This document shows, one piece after another, positions 31,831-41,751 of a stretch of DNA of 64,000 nt (position 1 is the stretch's first letter; every line of letters starts with the position of its first letter). Origin of the DNA: Candidatus Levyibacteriota bacterium (GTDB taxonomy: Bacteria; Patescibacteriota; Microgenomatia; Levybacterales; UBA12049); contig OY970292.1 in NCBI GenBank assembly GCA_963716145.1, forward strand, positions 140,104 through 204,103, given 5' to 3'. A model generated the notes under the pieces. It had not been told where the DNA came from. It was given only the letters and a program-made list of their open reading frames with translations, and ran no database searches. The position numbers and the translations under genes are program-made.

Positions 31831-33152
31831 TAGAAATTCAGAGCTTTTTTTATCTCTTCCTTGATCAGATTAGTATCTACTTTTTTACCCAATTTCTTCA
31901 TGGTTTGTCCAAGAAGAAACATAATTACATTTTCTTTTCCGCTTTTGTATTCTTGTACTGCTTTTCCATTATTCGCAATAACTTCTTTTATAACTTTTTC
32001 TAATTCTCCCTCATCAATGTGTACTGTTTGCTTTGCTGAAACAAGGGATTTGATCAGTGCCGCAGGTAGGATTCTTTCAATATCTATTTTTTTATTGATG
32101 ATTGTATTTGCAATATCTTTAGGAGTAACTTTATGCTCTTTTCCAACTTTTACAGCTTCTTCGAAATAATCGGCAAGTTGCCTTTCTCGAGTTAGGATCT
32201 CGGCATCATACATTGAAAGTAGGTAATTTTTTTGAAATCTAGCTAACAATTCAGCAGGAAGTTCGGTCATGTCATGTTTCAGTTTTAGTATTTGTTCTTT
32301 TGATGTGATGATTGGTGGGATGTCCGGTTCCGGGAAATAACGGTAATCATGGGCATCTTCTTTAACTCTTTGAGAAAAAGTTTTTTGTCTGTTTTCATCC
32401 CAACCCCGGGTTTCCTGTGCGGGATTCTTCCCGGTTTCCAGAATTTCTTCGTGCCGTTTTATTTCATAATTAATTGCTTTTTCAACAAATTTAAATGAAT
32501 TGATGTTTTTGACCTCTACTTTATACGGGGGAAGTTTTTTAGGATCAGTACTCAGTGAGATGTTTGGTTCAAGTCTCATCTCTCCCTTTTCCATATCCGC
32601 GTCGGATACCTCAAGAAAACGGATTATCTGCTGAAGTTTTTGCAAGTACTCTTTGACTTCCAGCGCGTCATTGAAATCCGGCTCGGTAACCATCTCAACA
32701 AGCGGCAGACCCGAGCGGTTAAAATCAATCAAGCTTACTTTTTCACCATCAATCTCCTGGTGATTTAGTTTTCCTGTATCCTCCTCCATGTGTACACGCG
32801 TTATACCTATTCTTTTTCCATTTGCGAGTTCTACGAATCCTTCGTAACCAAAAGGCAAATCGTACTGGCTTATCTGATAACCCTTGGCTAGATCAGGATA
32901 AAAATAATTTTTCCGGTCAAACTTGGAAAATTCATTTATTTTGCAATTCAGGGCAAGTGCTATTTTGATACACCACTCAAGCGCTTTTTTGTTGGGAACA
33001 GGCAATGCACCCGGTAATCCCAGACAAACAGGGCAAGTATGGCTATTGGGTTCTTTACCAAAATAGTCGGCAGAACAACCGCAGAACATCTTCGATTTTG
33101 TTTTAAGTTCGACGTGTACCTCAAGTCCTATGATTGGCGTAAGTTTGCTCAT
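31830..33152 (-). CDS. gatB: Asp-tRNA(Asn)/Glu-tRNA(Gln) amidotransferase subunit B
   Basis: MSKLTPIIGLEVHVEL...CGCS...GLPGALPV is canonical GatB. The likely start is at 33152, overlapping the gatA stop (ATGA). The ORF track extends it to 33176. Confidence 0.93.
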   Translation of the reverse strand: MSKLTPIIGLEVHVELKTKSKMFCGCSADYFGKEPNSHTCPVCLGLPGALPVPNKKALEWCIKIALALNCKINEFSKFDRKNYFYPDLAKGYQISQYDLPFGYEGFVELANGKRIGITRVHMEEDTGKLNHQEIDGEKVSLIDFNRSGLPLVEMVTEPDFNDALEVKEYLQKLQQIIRFLEVSDADMEKGEMRLEPNISLSTDPKKLPPYKVEVKNINSFKFVEKAINYEIKRHEEILETGKNPAQETRGWDENRQKTFSQRVKEDAHDYRYFPEPDIPPIITSKEQILKLKHDMTELPAELLARFQKNYLLSMYDAEILTRERQLADYFEEAVKVGKEHKVTPKDIANTIINKKIDIERILPAALIKSLVSAKQTVHIDEGELEKVIKEVIANNGKAVQEYKSGKENVIMFLLGQTMKKLGKKVDTNLIKEEIKKALNF

Positions 33153-34552
33153 AAATTTGGTTTTTGTTTGTGCCAATCAGTTGCCTGTTCATAGTTATAA
33201 GCAGCCCGCAAGACAATCTCTTCGCCAAACTGTGGTCCGATAATATCCATTCCAATAGGAAGACCTGATTTGGAGAACCCAACAGGAATATTGATTCCTG
33301 ACAAGCCGGCAATTGAAGATGGCTCAACCAGCATATCCGCTAGTTCTCCAAACATTGCCTGTCCTTCACTTGCTCCAATTGGCAAAGCAGTTGTCGGGGA
33401 GGTCGGGCCGATAATCACGTCGACATCTTTAAATGCGTTATTAAAGTCATCAATTATAATCGTGCGCACCTTTAATGCTTTATTGAAAAATTGGTCATAA
33501 TATCCGGCGGAAAGCGTGTAGGTCCCAAGCATTATTCTGCGTTTTGCTTCTTCTCCGAAATGCGATCTGTCAGCCCCATATCTTATTCCGTCATATCGTG
33601 CGAGGTTGGATGATACTTCGGATCTTTGTAAGATTGTATAGACAGCGACTGTGTATTTTGGGGGAAATAGTTTAATTTTTTTGACAGTTGCTCCAAGTTT
33701 CTCCAAAACTTTTATCCCGTCTTCAACTTTTGATTTGATCTCTGGATCAACGCCTTCAAAATAATCGTCTGGCACTCCGATTTTCAGGCCAACAATTTTA
33801 TCCTTAATTTTCTTTAAATAGTCGGGAACTTTGCTTGGTGAGCTAGTTGCATCCAGAGGATCTTGACCGGCCAGAATCTGCAGCAAGCGCGCGCTGTCCT
33901 CAACTGTTTTGGTAATCGGTCCCGGACTATCAAGGGATGAGCCCATCGCGACTACTCCGTAGCGGCTTACCCGCCCATAAGTTGGTTTTAATCCCACAAC
34001 TCCGCACCAGCCGGCAGGCTGCCTGATGGATCCTGCCGTCTCAGATCCTATCGCCGCTATTGTTTCATCGGACGCAACACTTGCTGCAGCCCCGCCAGAT
34101 GAGCCACCGGGAAGGTGATCAGTGTTCCAGGGATTTTTACTGGGACCAAAATCTGATGTTTCAGTACTGGATCCATGTGCCCAGGCATCTAAATTAGTTT
34201 TGCCTAGCAAAACTACACCGGCGTCTTTAAGCTTGCGGACTGCAGTTGCGTCAAACGGCGGAATATAATTTTCAAGAACTTTACTGGACGCAGTTGTTTT
34301 AATTCCGTTGGTTGAAAAATTGTCCTTAATTGATAGGGGAATGCCCAGAAGAGGAAGATCAGACCCATTTGCCCGCCTCGCGTCAGCGTCTGCGGCATTT
34401 TTCATGGCCTCTCCCTCGGTTACAGTGACAAAAGCTTTTATTTTAGGCTCAATCTTCTTTATCCGCTCAAGATAAGACTTAGTCAGCTCAACTGAGGAAA
34501 TTTCCTTACTCTTCAATTTTTCTAAGGCTTGGGTAAGTGTCAGATTAATCAT
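33149..34552 (-). CDS. gatA: Glutamyl-tRNA(Gln) amidotransferase subunit A (amidase signature)
   Basis: 467 aa with the amidase-signature GGSSGGAAASVA and S-cisS-K catalytic context. Confidence 0.95.
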   Translation of the reverse strand: MINLTLTQALEKLKSKEISSVELTKSYLERIKKIEPKIKAFVTVTEGEAMKNAADADARRANGSDLPLLGIPLSIKDNFSTNGIKTTASSKVLENYIPPFDATAVRKLKDAGVVLLGKTNLDAWAHGSSTETSDFGPSKNPWNTDHLPGGSSGGAAASVASDETIAAIGSETAGSIRQPAGWCGVVGLKPTYGRVSRYGVVAMGSSLDSPGPITKTVEDSARLLQILAGQDPLDATSSPSKVPDYLKKIKDKIVGLKIGVPDDYFEGVDPEIKSKVEDGIKVLEKLGATVKKIKLFPPKYTVAVYTILQRSEVSSNLARYDGIRYGADRSHFGEEAKRRIMLGTYTLSAGYYDQFFNKALKVRTIIIDDFNNAFKDVDVIIGPTSPTTALPIGASEGQAMFGELADMLVEPSSIAGLSGINIPVGFSKSGLPIGMDIIGPQFGEEIVLRAAYNYEQATDWHKQKPNL

Positions 34553-34829
34553 TGTTCAAAACAGCTTTTACTTTGAATAATCCATTGTGTTGTTCATTTG
34601 TGTTTGATAAAGCCTGTTCTTGTGAAAGCGAAGCTAATTCAACATCTTCACGCGTTACATTTTCAAGGCCTGTTACCTGGGAGGTTGGGTGAATATCTTT
34701 GGTATCAACCTCATTCAGTTGGTCAATGTATTCAATTGTGGATTTTAGCTGAGATTCAAACTTCTTTTTTTCTTCATCAGTCAAGGGTAAATTGGCAAGC
34801 TTTGCAATGTGGGCTACATCAATTTTCAT
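34545..34829 (-). CDS. gatC: Glutamyl-tRNA(Gln) amidotransferase subunit C
   Basis: 94 aa (MKIDVAHIAKLANLPLTDEEKKKFESQL), typical GatC, overlapping gatA by 8 nt. Confidence 0.9.
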   Translation of the reverse strand: MKIDVAHIAKLANLPLTDEEKKKFESQLKSTIEYIDQLNEVDTKDIHPTSQVTGLENVTREDVELASLSQEQALSNTNEQHNGLFKVKAVLNND

Positions 34830-34884
34830 ACTTCGATAAACTCAGTATGATCCTGAGCCAGTCGAAGGATCATTTGAGTTATTA

Positions 34885-35668
34885 TTATAGCTTAACTCCA
34901 AGTCTTTTCGCAATCATAGACTTCGCTTTTTCTTCAAGCGAATCATCAAGCGGTGCAAGTTCTATTTCTTCTTTATATTTTATTTCCAGGGCTTTTTGAA
35001 TAAGCCAATCCGCTATCTCCGGATTTTTGGGAAGAAGAGGACCGTGAAGATATGAGCCAATCGCGTTTTTGTATATTATCCCCTCTGTGCCGTCTTTTCC
35101 GTTATTTCCGAAACCTTTAATAATTTTTGCCAGAGGTTTGGCATTATCCCCAAGGTAAGTTCTACCGCCGTGATTTTCAAAACCCACGATATAGCTGTTG
35201 GCAATATTATTTAGTTCCAATTGGGCGACTACATTTCCAATTAGTCTGTTTTTTTGCGGGCCCGGATGTCTGGATTCAATATCAAAAATGCCCAAACCCT
35301 CAATTCTTTTTCCCTCGGAAGGTTCATAATATTTACCAAGCAGCTGAGGAGATCCGCAGACAAAAAGTGAAGGAATATAGCTTTCAATTAAATTTTTGAT
35401 AACCTTTTCTTTTTTGCGAAGGTCAGTTATAACAAGCTTTTGTTCCCTGTCTTGCCCCCCCGCCGAATAGTAAGTCTACGGTTTTCAGTCGATCGTCATC
35501 AGTCTGTTGATCAATATTTATAATTTCAGTTTTAATTCCCCGCCATTCACAACGCTTCTTAAGAACAGTGATATTGCCTCTGTCTCCATAGGTACTCATA
35601 AGCTTAGGATATAACCAACCAATAGTTAGCGATGGGGTATTAGCTATTGGTTGTTGATTTTTTTTCAT
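34885..35668 (-). CDS. gatD: Lipid II isoglutaminyl synthase glutaminase subunit GatD (CobQ-type GATase), frameshifted at a G7 homopolymer (pieces 35423-35668 and 34885-35295)
   Basis: The N-terminal piece (LTIGWLYPKLMSTYGDRGNITVLKKRCEWRGI...LLFGGG) and C-terminal piece (HGPLLPKNPEIADWLI) match GatD. Removing one G at ~35453-35459 restores ...GGGQDREQKLVITDL...CGSPQLLGKYYE... in a single frame. Confidence 0.75.
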
Positions 35669-36967
35669 AGTATTTTTTTACCGGTTAAGATCTTTCGGGT
35701 TTCAAGCATTGCTGAATATGTCGGAAGAACAAACAAGGTTTCGTTTTGATTAACGAGTTCCATTCCTACGTTCAGGGCGTCTTCTAGCCTGTCGTAGGTC
35801 CTTACTCTTAATTCATAATTCTTAATCCCTAATTCGTACCTTAACCGGAGTGCCATATCATAAACCCTGTCTCCGGAAATCAAAATTTGTTTGAAATTCT
35901 CAAGCTCCGGAAAATCCACATCCCAAATCCAGGAAACATCCCGCCCGTCAGGAATTCTGTCATTCAAAACAATAAGTAAAACTTTTGCTCCGAGGTCTGA
36001 AATTGTCTGAAAAGATTCATTAAAGCTTGTTGGGTTTTTGGAAAGAAAAATTTGGATATTGCTGTTTTTATACTTGACGATTTCTTGTCTCCCAAAGGCA
36101 GGCTTAAAATCTTTAAATGACTCTTCAATGTTTGTTTCATTAAGTCCTATTTCTCTTAATACTAGTACTGATGCGTGCGTGTTGTATTTGTTATAAGTTC
36201 CCGGAAGGGGATAGACCTGGAAACTATTCAAGTTGAGTTTTGGCCGTGTGAGACCGCATTTACGGCAATACCAATTTCCCAAATGAGAAAAAATGATTTG
36301 TTTATAAACCAATTTCCCTCCGCATTTTGGGCAATAGTCCGAATCGGCCGAGTGTTCGGGGATTTTATCATTATTTCCAGGATCTGCGTTCCCAAAGTAC
36401 AATTTTTTGGCTTTTGTATTACTTGCCAAAAACGCGATCTGGGGATCATCGGCATTTAGAATAAGCGTTGTTTGATCCGTTAATTTACTAACTGCATCAG
36501 ACCACCTGGAAGCAATGATATTTACCTCGCCGTAACGATCCAATTGATCACGAAAAAGATTGAGCAATATCAAATAGTCGGGGATACATTCTTTAAGAAC
36601 TTGGGGAAGGGCATTTTCGTCTATTTCAAAAATCGCAAAATCATGATTTAGGCTCTCCACTCAAGTCAGAATTTATTATCAAACTGGACGCGATTCCATT
36701 GAGAAGATTTGCGCCGGATTTATTTTGAAAAACACGTTTGCCGTTTTTCTTGAGAGCTGTTTTTATAAGCGATGCGGTCGTAGTTTTACCATTGGTTCCC
36801 GCGATAATTATTATTTTAATATTAGATTTTTTTAGACGCTCTTTAATAAAATTTTTGTTCAAATTCAGTGCAATATGACCTGGCCATGTTGATCCATCCC
36901 CCAGATTCAACAAGCGAAAAAATTTAGAAAGTAGTTTGCCGGATATAATTAAAAGTTTATCTAGCAC
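35665..36967 (-). CDS. murT: Lipid II isoglutaminyl synthase MurT (Mur-ligase-like, DUF1727 zinc ribbon), frameshifted (pieces 36641-36967 and 35665-36660)
   Basis: The N-terminal piece has the Mur ligase P-loop IIIIAGTNGKTTTASL. The C-terminal piece has DFAIFEIDE...NLFRDQLDRYGE and four Cys (CPKCGG...CRKCG). Removing one nt near 36650 gives ...SGEPKSDFAIFEIDE. Confidence 0.78.
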
Positions 36968-36992
36968 CTATTAATTGTATCACGGAGACGGG

Positions 36993-37892
36993 TTACATCT
37001 CTCTGAGGATTTTGACGCGTTCTTCAGTTGGCGGGTGGGTGCTGAACAAGCCTGTGAGAGAGCTTTGTAGGCCCTTTCCCTTAAAAGGATTGACTATAAA
37101 TAAATGTGCTGTTGCATTGCTTGCGGTGTGAAGCGGTCTTTGATCTTTTGAGATTTTTTCAAGCGCACTAGCCAATCCATCTGGATAGCGAGTTAATAAT
37201 GCTCCTGATGCATCAGCCAAAAATTCCCGTTTTCTTGATACTGCAAGTTGAATAAGGCTCGCGATGAGTGGGGCTATTATGGCAAGAACTATTCCGATTA
37301 TCAAAAATACTGCTTGTCCGCGGCTATCTTCATCGCTATCCCGGCTCATCCCGCCCCAGAACAAGTTTCTTAAAAATATATCTGCAAGAAGCGCTATAAA
37401 ACCAACAAGTACGGCAGTAATTGCCATAAGTCTTGTGTCAAAGTTCTTAACATGGGAAAGTTCATGTGCTATAACTCCCTCCAGCTCCACCTTGTTCAGT
37501 TTTTCCAGAATTCCGGTAGTTACCGCAATTGATGCCCGTTTTGGATCGCGTCCTGTCGCGAATGCGTTGGGAGAAGCATCATTAATTACATATACTTTCG
37601 GCATTGGGATACCATCTCCCAAGCTCAGGTTTTCAACAAGCCTGAATAACTCGGGAGAATCATTTTTTTGGATTTGTTTGGCACCTGAGGTTGCAAGAAC
37701 AACTTTATCGGAATAAAAATAACTTCCTATGCTGGATAATATGGCGATCGGGAAAACTATTAATGAGTAAGTTGGACCATATCCTGTTGCTTTTCCTATC
37801 ACAAATGCAACCGAAGTTGCAAAGATAATGAACAAAAACATTATGGCCCAACTTTTCCAAATATTTCTAGAAATAGATGAGTATATGTTCAT
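36993..37892 (-). CDS. htpX: Zinc metalloprotease HtpX (M48)
   Basis: Four TM helices, HExxH as HELSHVKNFD, and a C-terminal E. Confidence 0.9.
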   Translation of the reverse strand: MNIYSSISRNIWKSWAIMFLFIIFATSVAFVIGKATGYGPTYSLIVFPIAILSSIGSYFYSDKVVLATSGAKQIQKNDSPELFRLVENLSLGDGIPMPKVYVINDASPNAFATGRDPKRASIAVTTGILEKLNKVELEGVIAHELSHVKNFDTRLMAITAVLVGFIALLADIFLRNLFWGGMSRDSDEDSRGQAVFLIIGIVLAIIAPLIASLIQLAVSRKREFLADASGALLTRYPDGLASALEKISKDQRPLHTASNATAHLFIVNPFKGKGLQSSLTGLFSTHPPTEERVKILREM

Positions 37893-38458
37893 TAAAATTT
37901 CACCTTTACTTCTTTTTTATCCTCATCACTTGCCCGGAAAAAATCTGCCGGTTTGAAACCGAACATATTTCCGATCAGGTTGCTTGGGAAAATAGCCAGT
38001 TTGTTGTTGAAATCCAGAACATTGCTGTTATAAAACTGGCGGGAGTAAGCAATCTTATTTTCAGTATCAGATAGTTCTTCCTGTAGCTCATGGAAATTTG
38101 AGTTTGCTTTAAGGTCAGGATAATTCTCGGAAACTGCAAAAAGTGATTTTAAGGTTTGCGAAAGCTGGTTGTTTGCTTCTGCTTTCTCTGTCGTTGTTCC
38201 GGCCGTCATAAGGCTTGTTCTTGCTTTTGTAACATTTTCCAGAAGCTCTTTCTCATGCTTTGCATATCCTTTTACTGTTTCAACCAAATTTGGGATAAGG
38301 TCAGTTCTTCTTTTGAGTTGGACATCGATTTGCGATAAAGCTTCTGCTATCCGGTTTTTGGCTGTAACTAAGCTGTTGTATACAACTAGGAAATATAGAA
38401 GTATAAATGCGACTACTATAATTACAATTGTGTTTATCATAAATTCACCTCCCCTCAA
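37892..38458 (-). CDS. lemA: LemA family protein
   Basis: N-terminal TM plus [53 protein letters not shown], the LemA signature. LemA-HtpX adjacency is common. Confidence 0.85.
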   Translation of the reverse strand: MRGGEFMINTIVIIVVAFILLYFLVVYNSLVTAKNRIAEALSQIDVQLKRRTDLIPNLVETVKGYAKHEKELLENVTKARTSLMTAGTTTEKAEANNQLSQTLKSLFAVSENYPDLKANSNFHELQEELSDTENKIAYSRQFYNSNVLDFNNKLAIFPSNLIGNMFGFKPADFFRASDEDKKEVKVKF

Positions 38459-40220
38459 AAAACTCTTTAACTTTATTATAGTCGTATGTATTCAAAATGT
38501 CACTAGGAGTTGCCCATCCGCGTTGAGCAACGGCCACCCCATATTCCATAAGATTCATGTGCTCCACTGCATGGCTGTCCGTGTTAATTACCAATTTTAC
38601 TCCTTTTTTTATTGCGTCCCGCACCAATATATCGGGTAGATCGAGTCTTAGAGGCCAAGAATTAATCTCTATTGCCTTATTATTTTTTGCTGCAAAATCA
38701 AAGACCTTATCCCATTCCAAATCATATCCGGATCTTTGATTTAGGAGTCTTCCAGTTGGATGGGCTAGTATCTTTGCTTTGGGATGAGATAGTCCTTTTA
38801 GAACCCGATCGGTCATTTTGGATCTTTCCATGTCAAAAGAGCTGTGAATTGAGACAATAGATCCATCGAGAAGGGACAATACTTTGTCATCAAGAGCTAA
38901 TTTGCCATTGGGTAGTATGTCCGTTTCCATCAAAGAAAAAATTTGTATACTTTTATTATACTTTAACCTCAATTGATCAATAAAATTACTCCTTCTTTCC
39001 AGAATCTTAAATGTTTGCTCAACGGTATGTTTGGATATGCTAGGATTGTGTTCCGAGAAAGCTAGATATTTATAGTTAAGCCTGATTGCACATTTGAGCA
39101 TTTCCTCCATAGAGTGATGTCCCATATCATGGCTTGGTTCAATTGGATAATTTGAATGAATATGAAAATCTCCTTTTACGTCTTTTAGCTCAATCAATTT
39201 TGGTAGGTTGTTTTTTTGCGCCAATTCAATCTCTCCCGTATTTTCCCGTATCTCAGGCGGTATCCATGAGAGTCCCAAAAATTTGTATAGTTCTTCTTCG
39301 GTTTTGAACTGAATCAGCTTGGGATTTTTTTCATCTTTTTTCTTAATTCCATAATCAGAAAGAGAGTAGCCCTTTTTTAATGCAATTTCCCTCAGGTGTA
39401 CGTTGTGATCCTTGCTGCCGGTAAAGTGCTGGAGAAGGGCGCCAAAACCATCAGGTGATTCAACCATAAGGTCAATCTGCCTGCCACCTGAGGTCAAAAT
39501 TGCCGCAGTTCGTCCGCCTTTTTCCATTACGCGTTCAGCGTGGGGATAATTTGTGAAGTGTTCAATGGCCGCTTTTGGGTCTCTGCTTGCAACAGCCATG
39601 TCTATATCCCCAACGGTGGACTTCTTACGCCTTAAGCTCCCAAGAGTACTGGCTTTCTCAATATTCTTTGAGCTTAGAAGATAATCAATTAATTTACGTG
39701 CGAGCTCATTCGCATAAGGGAGGACCATCCTAGTTGTTTTTCCTGTGCCGACTTTATATTCTTCAAATGCCCTAAGAATATCTTTTTCTGATTTTTCACC
39801 AAATCCCGGAAGCACTGCAATTTTTCCACTCTTTGCGATTTTCATTAAATCCGCAATAACTGTTTTGGGGTTTTTCAATCCAAATTCTGTGACTAGCTTA
39901 TATGCTGTTTTCGGGCCAATGCTTGGTACTTCGAGAAGCGGAAAAACGCTTGATGGTATTTTTTTTAGAATATCGTCCAGATGTTTTACTTTGCTTTTCG
40001 TAAGAAGTTCCTCAATGGAGTTTCTTATGGATGGGCCAACTCCAGGTATGTCCTCGAGGGTTCCTTCTTTTTGAAGCTCTTTAAGTTCAGTTGGCGTTCC
40101 TTCAATTATCTCAGCAGCTTTCCTGTAGGCCAATATTTGGAAGCGGTATTTTTTTTCATCAGTAATAGCGTAAGCTGAGGCGACGTTATTTAGGAGTTTG
40201 GCAATTTCTGTATTTGTCAT
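38445..40220 (-). CDS. polX: DNA polymerase X family protein with a C-terminal PHP phosphoesterase domain
   Basis: N-terminal pol-beta-like HhH/8-kDa domain ([16 protein letters not shown]) and nucleotidyltransferase ([17 protein letters not shown]); the PHP domain has HIHSNYP...HTDSH. Confidence 0.8.
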   Translation of the reverse strand: MTNTEIAKLLNNVASAYAITDEKKYRFQILAYRKAAEIIEGTPTELKELQKEGTLEDIPGVGPSIRNSIEELLTKSKVKHLDDILKKIPSSVFPLLEVPSIGPKTAYKLVTEFGLKNPKTVIADLMKIAKSGKIAVLPGFGEKSEKDILRAFEEYKVGTGKTTRMVLPYANELARKLIDYLLSSKNIEKASTLGSLRRKKSTVGDIDMAVASRDPKAAIEHFTNYPHAERVMEKGGRTAAILTSGGRQIDLMVESPDGFGALLQHFTGSKDHNVHLREIALKKGYSLSDYGIKKKDEKNPKLIQFKTEEELYKFLGLSWIPPEIRENTGEIELAQKNNLPKLIELKDVKGDFHIHSNYPIEPSHDMGHHSMEEMLKCAIRLNYKYLAFSEHNPSISKHTVEQTFKILERRSNFIDQLRLKYNKSIQIFSLMETDILPNGKLALDDKVLSLLDGSIVSIHSSFDMERSKMTDRVLKGLSHPKAKILAHPTGRLLNQRSGYDLEWDKVFDFAAKNNKAIEINSWPLRLDLPDILVRDAIKKGVKLVINTDSHAVEHMNLMEYGVAVAQRGWATPSDILNTYDYNKVKEFFEGR

Positions 40221-40359
40221 GCCCCTTCGCCCGCCTTTCCGCTTGTTGTCGGAGACATAAAAATTTTCATATTAATCACTTTTTTTCTCATATGCTTCGG
40301 AGGCATGACCATTCCATAGTTTTAACGAAGGATGGTCACAGACAAAGTGTATCAGACGA

Positions 40360-40388
40360 TTGACCCTGTTTCAAGTTTAACGTATAAT
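40360..40388 (+). promoter_or_regulatory. Consensus sigma-70 promoter TTGACC-N17-TATAAT for tRNA-Asp
   Basis: ttgacc(40360-40365), a 17-nt spacer, then tataat(40383-40388); the tRNA 5' end is ~15 nt downstream. Confidence 0.45.
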
Positions 40389-40403
40389 GGGAGAACTGCA
40401 ATT

Positions 40404-40478
40404 GGGGTTGTAGCTCAGTTTGGTTAGAGCGTCTCCCTGTCACGGAGAAGGTCGCGGGTTCGAGCCCCGTCAATCCCG
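40404..40478 (+). tRNA. tRNA-Asp (anticodon GUC)
   Basis: GGGGTTGTAGCTCAGTTTGGTTAGAGCGTCTCCCTGTCACGGAGAAGGTCGCGGGTTCGAGCCCCGTCAATCCCG forms a cloverleaf with anticodon loop CUGUCAC. Confidence 0.92.
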
Positions 40479-40591
40479 CAAAATATAATAGTATAATCTT
40501 ATGGGTTGCATTTGGTAAAATATCTGTTATACTGCTTAAAGTTAATACCTCTGCCTAATTTAACTAATTTAATCTGTCCTCAAAGATTAAA

Positions 40592-41498
40592 ATGACTGAG
40601 AATACAAAGTCAAAAACAATATACTCCGAAAAAGCTAAAAAAGCGGATAAGACCGTTGAATCAGAACAAACTAGCTCTAGTATTTTTGATTACTTTAGAT
40701 TTGGAGAATCATACACGAGCTTAATACTTGGAATAATGTCCGTTATTATTGCGACAGGCCTTTTATTGGGATTTGTTCATAATAGAAATGCGGCAAACAA
40801 AAAAAATATCTCGGAAACCCGCAACTCAAAATTTAACAAGAATTTCACAAACCGACACAGAGACAATAATAAGTACAGTAACTAAAACTCCCGTAGCAAT
40901 GTCTAATAAGGGCAAGACGGTTTCAACTCCTACTCCAAAAGTAAAACCTACAGCAACCCCAAAACCTAAAGCTGTAGTTACAAAAGCTCCAAAGGCAACG
41001 GCTATACCAGTTCCTACCAAAAAAGTTGTAGTCAAACCAAAACCGACAGTTGCAACTAAGATAAATAAACCAGCCACAACTAGCAGCGCAATGGTAGGAA
41101 AAAGTTATACGGTAAAATCAGGCGACACGCTTTGGAGTATTTCTGAGAATGCGTACGGAAGCGGATACAACTGGGTAGATATAAACAGAGCAAATAATTT
41201 ATTCAATTCAGATATAATTCAAGCGGGAGATAAATTATTTGTGCCTAAGGTTGTACAAAAAACTCCATCATCTGAAGCTGACATATTGGCTGACGGTGTT
41301 CACTCACAAATTGATTATTCAACAGGCGCAAAAATAACAACTGGAAAGTATCTTATCCAGCCCGGAGATAACCTATGGAATATTGCAGTAAGAGCATATG
41401 GTGATGGATATCAGTGGGTTAAAATCGCCAAGATAAATAATCTATCCAATCCGGATTTAATCTACGCTGGAAATAATTTGATGCTACCGCGCAAATAA
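40592..41498 (+). CDS. Membrane-anchored protein with two LysM domains (peptidoglycan-binding), frameshifted at an A8 homopolymer (~40795-40805)
   Basis: The N-terminal ORF has a TM anchor. The second frame carries two LysM motifs (YTVKSGDTLWSISENAYGSGYNWVDIN; YLIQPGDNLWNIAVRAYGDGYQWVKIA) after a Thr/Pro/Lys-rich linker. Confidence 0.7.
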
Positions 41499-41506
41499 TT
41501 CTACTT

Positions 41507-41581
41507 TGGAGCGGTGGAAGGGAGTTGAACCCTCGACCTTCTCCTTGGGAAGGAGACATTCTACCGCTGAACTACCACCGC
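41507..41581 (-). tRNA. tRNA-Gly (anticodon CCC), CCA encoded
   Basis: Minus-strand sequence GCGGTGGTAGTTCAGCGGTAGAATGTCTCCTTCCCAAGGAGAAGGTCGAGGGTTCAACTCCCTTCCACCGCTCCA with anticodon loop UUCCCAA. Confidence 0.92.
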
Positions 41582-41751
41582 AAACCCTTAAGCAATAATA
41601 GCAGATCAGGTTAAAAATTTCACTTGTTTTGGGTTTAAAAAAACGCGAGTCCTCCTCCTTGGCCAAAGCTTCGGCAGTACAAAGATTCTCATACCCTGCT
41701 CAATCGATTTTCCCCAGTTGACTATGTTCTCTCATTTTGCTAACATAAATC

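Noticed and set aside
41582-41751. Possible ncRNA or riboswitch between tRNA-Gly and pyrG (the ORF track gives pyrG a 9-aa N-terminal extension)
   Set aside because: I found no recognisable conserved motif or convincing structure. It is most likely a promoter or 5' UTR, and the true pyrG start may be internal.
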